DNA from: Candidatus Scatosoma sp.
GTDB lineage: Bacteria > Bacillota > Clostridia > Christensenellales > Borkfalkiaceae
Direction: 5' to 3'
NCBI GenBank assembly: GCA_045532525.1
Contig: JAZSGC010000085.1
Coordinates: forward strand, 1 to 46,694
DNA: 46,694 nucleotides
Shown: in pieces, positions 26,161 to 34,323 of the stretch
Numbering within the stretch: the first letter of the stretch is position 1
Layout: each line of letters opens with the position of its first letter
Made by a program: the position numbers and the translations under genes
Notes under the pieces: generated by a model
Database searches by the model: none
What the model was told of the DNA's origin: nothing
The model's input: only the letters and a program-made list of their open reading frames with translations

Positions 26161-27459
26161 TCAGCGCACGCCTTTAAACTGGACGTCAACTTCTAACACC
26201 GTATTGGAAAGCAGGGTGCTTTCGTAGGCGGAATAGGCGCGGTTGCCCGTTTTGCGAAGTCTATCGCGCAGGCTGAACACGTCGCAATCGAGCGCGCGGG
26301 TCTTTTCAAAAAGGCTGATGATTTCACCCGTCAACTTTTTTTGCGCCGCGGAAAATACGCCCGCGGGCACGTCCCCCGCGTCGGAAAGCTTATCAGCGGG
26401 CAGGGATTTGGAGTAATCCAAAAGCCCCGCAACGACGGTGAGTTGAATTTTTAAATTCGCCATTCCGTTTTTGGCGACGTGCAGCTTGATTTTCGGCGCG
26501 TTTTGCTTAAAGGAAAGGGTGCAGGTGGCGTCTTGTGTAGCAACGGAGTAGGGCGCAAGGCGAAGCTCGTTTAATACTGCATTGCAGGCAAACGTTTCTT
26601 CCGCGGTGAGTGTGCCGACCTTTTTTCCGTGTTTAAAAAGGGCGGTTTCGCCTGCGCTGAATACGGGTTTTTGCGCTTCTCCCCCTTTCTTGCCGCCGTT
26701 CCCCGATTGATTTTGCGAAGACTGCTCGTTGCCCTGCTGTCCCTTTTCTTGCTGACCACCGCTTTTTTCGTTTCCTTGTTTTTCTTCCTTGGGCGGGGAA
26801 GAATTTTCTTGCGGGGTTTGGTTGGGGGTACTTTCTCCGTCGGGTTCTTGTTGGTTTTGTAGCTTGACAATGGGCAAAAGTCCGCAAGCGTTGTCCGCAA
26901 AATATCCCATTGCAAAGGTACGGAGAGTGGACGTATACACCGTGCCGACCTGTTCTGCGTGGTGAGAAAGCACCTTTTGTATTGCGGCGGACGAAGAAGA
27001 ATCGACTAGCGCATCGGCATTAAGCACGTCTTTTGCCGTACCGTCGCAGGCGGCAACAAGGCAGTTATCGCTTAAATATTCGTCCAACAAAAAATAGTCC
27101 AGCGCGTCGAAAACGTTGTTTTTTACCGTTTCTTCGCCCAACAAAATTAAATTGCAAAACACGAGCTTGGGATACCAGCCTGTTTTGGCGTTGATTTCTT
27201 CAAAGGCTTCGGCAACCGTTTTGCCGCGGCTGACGATTTGTACGGCGTTGGCGGCGTTGCCTTGGTCGGACGGCTCGGGAATGGCAACCTGCGAAGTGAC
27301 GATGAAGTCTTCTCCGTCACGATCGATACCCGCCGCGATAATGATGGCGGTTTTTTGAACGTCTATCAGCCCGAAATCGTTAGAAAAAAATAAAAAGGTT
27401 AGAAACACGACGATTAAAAGGAAATATCGGACGGTGTTTCGGTTGTGTGTTCTATACAT
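26161..27459 (-). CDS. Spore germination protein, Ger(x)C family
   Basis: 432-aa ORF with an N-terminal hydrophobic anchor and Ger(x)C N- and C-terminal regions. It is interrupted by a ~60-aa Q/G/N/E/K-rich insert. Third gene of the ger operon. Confidence 0.85.
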   Translation of the reverse strand: MYRTHNRNTVRYFLLIVVFLTFLFFSNDFGLIDVQKTAIIIAAGIDRDGEDFIVTSQVAIPEPSDQGNAANAVQIVSRGKTVAEAFEEINAKTGWYPKLVFCNLILLGEETVKNNVFDALDYFLLDEYLSDNCLVAACDGTAKDVLNADALVDSSSSAAIQKVLSHHAEQVGTVYTSTLRTFAMGYFADNACGLLPIVKLQNQQEPDGESTPNQTPQENSSPPKEEKQGNEKSGGQQEKGQQGNEQSSQNQSGNGGKKGGEAQKPVFSAGETALFKHGKKVGTLTAEETFACNAVLNELRLAPYSVATQDATCTLSFKQNAPKIKLHVAKNGMANLKIQLTVVAGLLDYSKSLPADKLSDAGDVPAGVFSAAQKKLTGEIISLFEKTRALDCDVFSLRDRLRKTGNRAYSAYESTLLSNTVLEVDVQFKGVR

Positions 27460-28669
27460 TTTTCTTCTCCGTTGCTTTTGTAGTAGGGGTGTTATTTGTT
27501 TGTTTTTCGGAATTCATCGCATACCTGCCCCCTTCATTTTGTTTTTTGGACTGCATTTTTTCGCGGTTTGGCAACAACAGACAAAAAAGCGGAATTAAGT
27601 TGGCAAACAGCCAAAAAACGGGCGGGAGCTTGTGGCTGATGACACGGTAAAAGGCGTCGTAGTGTCGGTTAAAGAAAAGTATGGCGATGAGCAGGGAAAA
27701 ATTGAGCAGCGCGGAAATAAAGGTTTTGCGTTCGGTGGGGAAAAATGCCGAAATTGCGTGTGTAGCGTACTGTAAGGGTAAGCAAAGAAAAAATAGCAGT
27801 ACGACGGATAAAAAGTAGACGAAGACCAAGTCGATTCGCCCCACCACGGAAAGGGCGGGGAAATACTGACCGATTTTGGTAAATGCGTAATGCTCGCGCT
27901 CCGCAAGCGAAGCGTACAGCGAATAAAACACAGCCAAAAACAAAAGGGTGAGAAGCGCGCCCCCACCGTAGCCCGCCACGATTTTTGCGCCGTCGTTTTT
28001 CTTATAACGGAGATTCGCAATTAAAGGAAAGATCAAAATTGCGTCGGAAAAATGCGGCGTTGTACGGCTGAATGCGGTGAAGCTACGAGAAAGCTTTGTG
28101 CCGAAGAATGGGAGCAGGTTGGAAAAATCCGTTTCGGGTACAGCCATAAACAACAGCGCGATAAAGGGAAGCAAGAAAAGAAAAAGGCATAAATCAGCAC
28201 ACCTGCCGATGGACTTCACCCCCTTTGTGCAAACAAACGCGCTGAACAAAAAGAAGACGCCGAAAGAAAACAGCGTGGGCGCGGTGTCGAAATAGGTGGC
28301 GTAGACAAATTTTTCCGCATCGAGTAAGGGCAAAGCCGCGGAGAACAGGAAATATACCGCATATAGCGCGTACACGACAAAAATACCCTTTCCGAGCGCG
28401 GCTTTTAAGCGGTCTATCAAAGGTGTCTCCGATTTAGAAGCGGCATAAAGAAGCCCCAAGAGCACCAGCGTTTGTACAAGGAAATGTAAAATGGCAGGAA
28501 AAAGCAAGTCTCCCCCTGCGTGCTTGGATAAAATGGACGGCACTTCTAAAAGCTTAGCCATCGGTAGGATGAACGCCGCGGCAAAGGCTGCTTGTCTTGC
28601 GTTTACGCCGTCCTTGTTTTTTAAAAGGCTTGGTGCTGGGGCGGTGGGTAAAAAATCGGGTTTGGTCAT
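27452..28669 (-). CDS. Spore germination protein, GerAB/GerKB-type permease subunit
   Basis: 405-aa ORF with about 10 TM helices and SD 'aggag'. It overlaps the gerXC start by 8 nt. Confidence 0.88.
   Translation of the reverse strand: MTKPDFLPTAPAPSLLKNKDGVNARQAAFAAAFILPMAKLLEVPSILSKHAGGDLLFPAILHFLVQTLVLLGLLYAASKSETPLIDRLKAALGKGIFVVYALYAVYFLFSAALPLLDAEKFVYATYFDTAPTLFSFGVFFLFSAFVCTKGVKSIGRCADLCLFLFLLPFIALLFMAVPETDFSNLLPFFGTKLSRSFTAFSRTTPHFSDAILIFPLIANLRYKKNDGAKIVAGYGGGALLTLLFLAVFYSLYASLAEREHYAFTKIGQYFPALSVVGRIDLVFVYFLSVVLLFFLCLPLQYATHAISAFFPTERKTFISALLNFSLLIAILFFNRHYDAFYRVISHKLPPVFWLFANLIPLFCLLLPNREKMQSKKQNEGGRYAMNSEKQTNNTPTTKATEKKNV
27513..27541 (+). repeat. Dispersed repeat copy d (in the 3' tail of gerXB)
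   Basis: ttcatcgcatacctgcccccttcattttg. Read as 'EGGRYAMN'. Confidence 0.85.
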
Positions 28670-28705
28670 AACGGACTCCTTATTTTTTTTGTGAGATGAA
28701 TTGCG

Positions 28706-28735
28706 TTCAACGCATACCTGGTATGCGCATTTTTC
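28706..28735 (+). repeat. Dispersed repeat copy e (gerXA-gerXB spacer, palindromic variant)
   Basis: ttcaacgcatacctggtatgcgcattttt. It contains the hairpin cgcatacc/ggtatgcg followed by a T-run on the plus strand. Confidence 0.85.
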
Positions 28736-28749
28736 TTTTTAAGTGCATT

Positions 28750-30309
28750 TTACGCATTGTTGGCGGACTTATTTTCTTGGTTTTCCGTTTGCGTGCGCAA
28801 GCGAGTTTTATTTTTTGAGTTAAGAAAAGCAGGGCGTTTTTTTAAGGTAAACAGATTGTATTTCAAGAAGGAATCCCGTAAATCTTTGGGAATAAGCGGG
28901 GAAAACGGAGCAAGTAAGGGTGTGCCGAAGGAATCGGCGGAGATAAGATAGTACAACAAAAAGGCAATCAGCAGCACAATACCAAACGGGCCGATACTGC
29001 CCGCGACAAGCAAAAACAGCCAACGCAAAATACTGCCCGTTTCCACAAAATTCGGCACGGTATATAAGCAAATTCCCGAAAAAGCGACGATAATGATGGC
29101 GGGCGTGGAAAGAAAACCTGCGGAAACCGCCGTTTCGCCAAGCACCAGCGCACCGACGACGGAAAGGGACATTCCCACGTATTTAGGCATACGGATGCTC
29201 GCTTCCTTTAAAATTTCCAAAAGTAACAGCACCACGAACATTTCCAAGCTTGGCGAAAGTGGTAAGCCGCGGATACTGCTGGCAATGGTCAGCATTAAAT
29301 CCAACGGCAAAAGCTGCATTTTAAAAAGCTGCGTGGACACGTAAAACGCGGGCAGTAAAATGGCGACGATAAGCGCGATACAACGCAGGAAACGAACGAC
29401 GGTTGCCATAAAGGGCGACACGAAATAGTCTTCGCTGCTTTGCAGGTCTTCCGTTAAGATAAAAGGCAAGGTGAGCGCGATGGGCGAGCCGTCGACGAGA
29501 AGCCCCACTCTGCCTTCGCAAATTTTTGCGGCGAAAACGTCGGGCTTTTCCGTTGTGCCAACGGTGTGAAACACGGAATGCTTGCGCGGAGAAAGAAGCG
29601 CGGCAAGATAGGACGAATCCGCCACGTTGTCAATTTGGATTTTTTGTAGTTTTTCCGAAAGCTGATTTTTAAGCTTATCGTCCGCAATACCGTTCAGCCA
29701 GCAAAGAGTGACGGCGGTATCCGAACGCTTACCAACACGCAGGGTTTCAAAACGTAAATCGGCAGATTTTAAGCGTTTGCGAACGAGCGCCATATTCGTT
29801 TTTACGTCTTCGATAAAACCTTCGCGCGGGCCTTTGACGGTGACGTCGGTGGGCGGCTCAATAACGGCGCGGTTGGGTAAAAGCTTTGCGCCGATAATAA
29901 ACCCAACGGAAACGCCGTCGACGATCAGCAGGCTGTTTCCGTCTAAAATCTCCGATTTCGCGTCGGAAAACTCGGTAACCGTCTTTAATTCGGGGAAAAG
30001 CAAGGTGCTTTTAATTTGCTCCACTACCCCATCTTGTTCGGATTGTTTATCGTTGGATTTTTGCGCGGTTTTTTCGTTCAATGCGTACCTGCCCACGCCA
30101 TTTTCCGTTTTTAACGATAAACGGATACGGGAGAGCGGGCGTGCGACAAGGTCGCCGAGTAGCTGTTTATTCACTACGCCGTCGGCATACACGATAAAGC
30201 AGGGCGTTCCGTTTTCCGTTTCAAAGGTATAGTACAGAATATCTTCGGACGGAAGGAGAGTTTTTAGCTCCGTTTGATTTTTTTGTAAGCTTGCGGATAA
30301 AGTGTTCAC
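28750..30309 (-). CDS. Spore germination protein, GerAA/GerKA-type subunit
   Basis: 519-aa ORF with the GerA family core ('PREGFIEDVKTNMALVRKRL', C-terminal TM bundle). GTG start with no obvious SD. Confidence 0.88.
   Translation of the reverse strand: MNTLSASLQKNQTELKTLLPSEDILYYTFETENGTPCFIVYADGVVNKQLLGDLVARPLSRIRLSLKTENGVGRYALNEKTAQKSNDKQSEQDGVVEQIKSTLLFPELKTVTEFSDAKSEILDGNSLLIVDGVSVGFIIGAKLLPNRAVIEPPTDVTVKGPREGFIEDVKTNMALVRKRLKSADLRFETLRVGKRSDTAVTLCWLNGIADDKLKNQLSEKLQKIQIDNVADSSYLAALLSPRKHSVFHTVGTTEKPDVFAAKICEGRVGLLVDGSPIALTLPFILTEDLQSSEDYFVSPFMATVVRFLRCIALIVAILLPAFYVSTQLFKMQLLPLDLMLTIASSIRGLPLSPSLEMFVVLLLLEILKEASIRMPKYVGMSLSVVGALVLGETAVSAGFLSTPAIIIVAFSGICLYTVPNFVETGSILRWLFLLVAGSIGPFGIVLLIAFLLYYLISADSFGTPLLAPFSPLIPKDLRDSFLKYNLFTLKKRPAFLNSKNKTRLRTQTENQENKSANNA
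30077..30104 (+). repeat. Dispersed repeat copy f (inside gerXA)
   Basis: ttcaatgcgtacctgcccacgccatttt. Read as 'GVGRYALN'. Confidence 0.75.
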
Positions 30310-30384
30310 GAAAACAGCGTGTGTGATTGCGGGGAAAAGTATGCGAAAAAACGGATAGCGCGGCGTTTTGCTTGGCGGTTGCTC

Positions 30385-30413
30385 TTGACAAGCGGCGCGG
30401 GATTTGTTATACT
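30385..30413 (+). promoter_or_regulatory. Promoter of the methyltransferase-rsmI unit
   Basis: TTGACA (30385-30390), a 17-nt spacer, then TATACT (30408-30413). It lies inside the long track ORF 30319.., which argues for the downstream start. Confidence 0.65.
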
Positions 30414-30486
30414 ATATTATAGGACGGCGCGGAAAAACGCGAAAGTGAAAAGTCGCGCACGTGTAAAAAAGGTTAGGTGGCAAGGC

Positions 30487-31179
30487 GTGGACGAAAAAAT
30501 CGTGCTTAGTGAAAACGAAGTTTTAGACGATATGCTGTTGGACGGATTAAAAATCGTGCAGGATACGCGATTGTATCGGTTTACGTCCGATTCCGTGCTG
30601 TTATCTCGTTTCGCAAAAGCGAAAAAGGGAGATAACGTTGCTGATTTTTGTGCGGGGAGCGGTATTGTTGCGTTTCATTTTTATGCCTTAAATAAAGCGG
30701 TTTCGGGGTTGCAATTTACTTTGTTTGAATTGCAGGAGGAGCTGTCGGCTTTATCGAAAAAGACGGCGATTTATAACGGCTTTGAAAACTTTACCTTTGA
30801 GCAGGGCAAGCTGCAAGACATAAAAAAAGAGTACAACGAGAAATTTTCGCTGGTGCTTTGCAATCCGCCTTACGAGCGCGGGGGCTTTGAAAACGATGAT
30901 TATGCAAAAGCCATTTGCCGCAAGGAATTGACGATAAATTTAAAGGAGATTGCTCGCGCGGCGGCGTTTGCTTTAAAATATGGCGGTCGGCTTTGTATGC
31001 TACACCGCGCGGATCGGCTTACGGAGGTTTGTTACACGCTTCACGACGTGGGGATAGAAGTGAAAAAAATCCAGTTTGTAGGGGGCAGGTGTGGATCGAA
31101 GCCCTATTTGGTGATGATTGAAGGGGTAAAAGGCGGAAAGCCCTGCAATGAAATTTTGCCCACGATTTGGAATAGTTAA
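30487..31179 (+). CDS. YabB/TrmN6-like SAM-dependent N6-adenine methyltransferase
   Basis: 'CNPPY' catalytic motif and 'DFCAGSG' SAM motif. GTG 30487 follows SD 'aggtgg'. Confidence 0.8.
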   Translation: MDEKIVLSENEVLDDMLLDGLKIVQDTRLYRFTSDSVLLSRFAKAKKGDNVADFCAGSGIVAFHFYALNKAVSGLQFTLFELQEELSALSKKTAIYNGFENFTFEQGKLQDIKKEYNEKFSLVLCNPPYERGGFENDDYAKAICRKELTINLKEIARAAAFALKYGGRLCMLHRADRLTEVCYTLHDVGIEVKKIQFVGGRCGSKPYLVMIEGVKGGKPCNEILPTIWNS

Positions 31180-31199
31180 TAAGAAAAACGGAGTAGAAT

Positions 31200-32003
31200 A
31201 TGGTTAGTTTTGTAGCAACGCCCATAGGGAATTTGAAGGATATCACCTTGCGCGCGTTGGAAACGTTAAAGGAAGCGGACGTGATTTTTTGTGAAGATAC
31301 GCGGCATACCATCAAGCTGTTAAACGCGTACGAAATCAAAAAACCGCTGTATGCTTGTCATAAATTCAATGAAAAGGAAGCGGCGGAAAAAATTCTTGCC
31401 GCGTCTCGCCGCGGGGAAAAGGTGGCGGTGGTTTCGGACGCGGGTACGCCCGTGGTTTCCGACCCCGGAAACGTCGTTTGCAAGGTGTTGCGTGAAGCGG
31501 GAGAGCCGTTCACACTCATTCCCGGCGCGTGCGCGTTTGTGGCGGCGTTGGTTTTATCTGCGTTGCCGGCGGGGCGGTTTGCGTTTATCGGTTTTTTACC
31601 TGAGAAAAAGAGTGAAAAGGCGGCGGTTTTGGAAAAATACAAGGACAGCGATTTGACGCTGGCGTTCCACTGTGCGCCGCAGGACGTCGACAAGGACGTA
31701 AAGGCGATGTACGAGATTTTTGGCGACAGAGCGGCGTGTGCCGTGCGCGAAATCAGTAAAATTCACGAAGAAGCGATACCTTTCCGGCTTTCGCAGGGCT
31801 TGGAAGGGGAAAAACGCGGGGAGTACGTGCTTGTCGTGGAAGGAGCGCAGGAGAAAGAATGCGCGTTAAATTCCCTTTCCGAAAAGGAACACATTCAGCA
31901 TTATATGTTGGCGGGGCTGGATAAAAAAGAAGCGTTAAAACGGGCTGCGAAAGACCGCGGTGTTTCTAAATCGGAGTTGTATCCGTTCTCCGTCGATTTA
32001 TAA
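31200..32003 (+). CDS. rsmI: 16S rRNA (cytidine1402-2'-O)-methyltransferase RsmI
   Basis: 'TPIGNLKDITLRALETLKEADVIFCEDTRHT' and 'VSDAGTPVVSDPG'. Confidence 0.93.
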   Translation: MVSFVATPIGNLKDITLRALETLKEADVIFCEDTRHTIKLLNAYEIKKPLYACHKFNEKEAAEKILAASRRGEKVAVVSDAGTPVVSDPGNVVCKVLREAGEPFTLIPGACAFVAALVLSALPAGRFAFIGFLPEKKSEKAAVLEKYKDSDLTLAFHCAPQDVDKDVKAMYEIFGDRAACAVREISKIHEEAIPFRLSQGLEGEKRGEYVLVVEGAQEKECALNSLSEKEHIQHYMLAGLDKKEALKRAAKDRGVSKSELYPFSVDL

Positions 32004-32143
32004 AAAAAGAAAACAAGGTGCGGCGGCTTCCGCGCGGCGGTGAGAATATGCGCGAAAAACTAAATGAACGCGTACACGGGTGCTGCATTTTTGTGTTTCA
32101 ATGGGAAAATATTCGGGTATACTTATAATAAAGGAGTATTAAA

Positions 32144-32878
32144 ATGTTAGAATACTATTTAATTTCCATAGGCGTGATGTTATTTTGTGCGATGATTGCG
32201 GGAATTGCCAGCGCACGCGTACATTCCGCATATAAAAAATACGGCAATATGACGACGCAATCGCATATGACGGGTTATGATACGGCGACTCGATTGCTCC
32301 GCGCGAACGGCGTGACCGATATCCGCGTAGACAGGGTAGGCGGTACGCTTTCCGATCATTATCATCCTAAGAAAAAGGTGGTAAATTTGTCTATTGACGT
32401 GTACCGCAACGACTCTATCGCCGCTTGTGCCGTCGCGGCGCACGAGGTTGGGCACGTTATGCAAAAAAAGAAGGGATATTTGCCGTATAAAATGCGTTCG
32501 GCGTTGGTGATGATTACGAATATCGGCAGCCGTTTAGCGGTACCTTTGGTATTGATTGGGTTGGTGCTGGATATTTTTGTTTCCGCGACGAAAAACAGCG
32601 ACGCGGGCTTCTACCTTGCGTTGGTTGGCGTGGGATTATACGGGCTTTCCACCCTGTTTGCGTTCGTAACCCTGCCCGTGGAGCTTAACGCAAGCCGCCG
32701 CGCGAAGAAAATGCTGGTACAGGAAGGGATTTTAACCGAGCAGGAGCTGCCTTATGCGGATAAAATGTTAGACGCCGCGGCGCAAACCTATCTTGCTTCG
32801 TTGCTGACTTCCTTTATTTATTTCCTGCGGTTTTTGCTGTGGGTGTTGATGTTGTTCGGGCGCAGACGTAAAAATTAA
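32144..32878 (+). CDS. YugP-like membrane zinc metallopeptidase
   Basis: 244-aa ORF with 'HEVGH' plus 'LPVELNAS', typical of the Zn_peptidase_2 family. TM helices at both ends. Confidence 0.82.
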   Translation: MLEYYLISIGVMLFCAMIAGIASARVHSAYKKYGNMTTQSHMTGYDTATRLLRANGVTDIRVDRVGGTLSDHYHPKKKVVNLSIDVYRNDSIAACAVAAHEVGHVMQKKKGYLPYKMRSALVMITNIGSRLAVPLVLIGLVLDIFVSATKNSDAGFYLALVGVGLYGLSTLFAFVTLPVELNASRRAKKMLVQEGILTEQELPYADKMLDAAAQTYLASLLTSFIYFLRFLLWVLMLFGRRRKN

Positions 32879-32916
32879 AAAAATTTTTTAATACAGCGAA
32901 CAAGAATAAAAATCAT

Positions 32917-32945
32917 TTCAATCCATACCTGGTGGCTTGATTTTT
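32917..32945 (+). repeat. Dispersed repeat copy g (after the Zn-peptidase gene)
   Basis: ttcaatccatacctggtggcttgattttt. It can fold imperfectly (tcaa-tcca / tgg-ttga) ahead of a T-run. Confidence 0.7.
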
Positions 32946-33084
32946 GATAAAACCTACAAAAAAATACAAAAATCGCAAAAATATTGCGGCAACCTGCAAA
33001 AAAAAGTTGTAACAAAAAGCACTTGTCTCTGCATACTATGGTAAGGCAGAGACTTTTTATTGAAAAACGCAAATGAGGCACGCT

Positions 33085-33816
33085 ATGAAAAACGCAAAAA
33101 CAACAATAAAACTGCAAGAAAAGGGAAATATCCGCATGATTGCGCACCGCGGGCTTTCAGGCTTGCAACGAGAAAACACGTGCAAAGCGTTCGTTGCTGC
33201 GGCGAAGCGGAGCTACTACGGTATAGAGACGGATATTCGCGTGACCAAAGACGGGAAATTTGTGTTATTCCACGATAAGGATTTAAGCCGTATCTTTGGG
33301 CAAGGCGGCAAGCTAAACGCTTACACGCAAGCCGAGCTACGCGCATTGAGAATGGCGGACTTGAACGGCGTGCGTCGGCCTGAATTGCAAATTCCGCTTC
33401 TATCTGAATTCTTGGCGATTTGCAGGCGGTACGGAAAGCAAGCGGTGCTGGAAATTAAAGAAAAACTGACGAGAGAAAAAGTGAAAGAGCTCGTAGAGCT
33501 CGTGCGGAAGGAAAACTGGTTGAAGCGTACGACGTTTATTTCCTTTCACAAGAAAAATTTGCTCTACGTTCGGGCGGCGTATCCGCAAGCGGACTTGCAG
33601 TATTTAAGCAAAAAAGCTTCCTTTTGGGATATGCGGTTTATGCTGAAAAACCGTATAGACGCGGATATTCGGGTGAGCGCGCTTTGTACGGATACGGCAA
33701 AGACGTTGCACGACGCGGGCAGGAAAATCAACGTTTGGACGATTGACGATCAGGAAAAATTCGCTTTGGCGATGGAATACGGTGCGGATTTTGTAACGAC
33801 GAACATTTTGGAGTAG
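33085..33816 (+). CDS. Glycerophosphodiester phosphodiesterase family protein
   Basis: 'IAHRGLSG..ENT', 'GIETDIRVTKDGKFVLFHD' and 'VWTIDD'. The start is ATG 33085 (SD 'gagg'); 33073 and 33136 remain possible. Confidence 0.85.
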   Translation: MKNAKTTIKLQEKGNIRMIAHRGLSGLQRENTCKAFVAAAKRSYYGIETDIRVTKDGKFVLFHDKDLSRIFGQGGKLNAYTQAELRALRMADLNGVRRPELQIPLLSEFLAICRRYGKQAVLEIKEKLTREKVKELVELVRKENWLKRTTFISFHKKNLLYVRAAYPQADLQYLSKKASFWDMRFMLKNRIDADIRVSALCTDTAKTLHDAGRKINVWTIDDQEKFALAMEYGADFVTTNILE

Positions 33817-33898
33817 GTTAGGCGGCGGAATTTGGGATTGCCCCAAAAAGCGCGACGCGCCTTTTTTGTGCACGGCGAGAAGAGAATACGGAGAAACG

Positions 33899-33926
33899 AA
33901 AAGAGCGGATAAAACGCTCTTTTTTG
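33899..33926 (+). terminator. Intrinsic terminator after the GDPD gene
   Basis: aagagcg / cgctctt stem with loop gataaaa, followed by a T-run. Confidence 0.7.
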
Positions 33927-34071
33927 CTTGCCTTGTTTTAAGTAAAACGCACGGAAAGACGTTTGTGTTTTGGGCGAAAGGAAAAAGCAAGGGAAAAATA
34001 AGGAAAAAGACGGCGCTTTTTTCGGTTAAAAAGCATAAAAAAATATTATTTTTTTGTACATTATTCCAAAA

Positions 34072-34145
34072 ATGCAAAAAATTGATTAAATTTGCATATT
34101 TTTTTTGTTTTGCCTATTGACAACGCGTAAAATTTGTAGTAAAAT
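34072..34145 (+). promoter_or_regulatory. Promoter of the SPFH operon with an upstream inverted repeat
   Basis: IR ATGCAAA (34072-78) - N12 - TTTGCAT (34091-97). Then TTGACA (34117-22), a 17-nt spacer and TAAAAT (34140-45). Confidence 0.6.
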
Positions 34146-34245
34146 GTAAAATAAGGACGAAAAATAGCGTCTTAAAAACACTCGGATGGAAAAAACTTGT
34201 AAAAATTCATACAAAAGACCGAGAAAAAGACGTTAGAAAAAGTCC

Positions 34246-34278
34246 TTTCTTTCGTATATTGACGGCATACGAAAGAAA
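34246..34278 (+). promoter_or_regulatory. Perfect 12-bp hairpin in the ~180-nt 5' leader of the SPFH operon
   Basis: tttctttcgtat (34246-57) / atacgaaagaaa (34267-78) with a 9-nt loop attgacggc. No U-tract follows. It sits 45 nt upstream of the ATG. Confidence 0.6.
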
Positions 34279-34323
34279 TCCACTCGTCAAAATAAAAAAA
34301 TTATTATAAAGAGGTGCAACATT

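Noticed and set aside
30319-30486. A 56-codon N-terminal extension of the methyltransferase ORF.
   Set aside because: It contains a consensus promoter (30385-30413) and a degenerate repeat copy. GTG 30487 with SD 'aggtgg' gives the conserved N-terminus.
32929-32937. CTGGTGG within repeat copy g resembles E. coli Chi (GCTGGTGG).
   Set aside because: It matches only 7 of 8 positions. It occurs in one copy only. Firmicute Chi sequences are different and shorter, so this is most likely coincidence.
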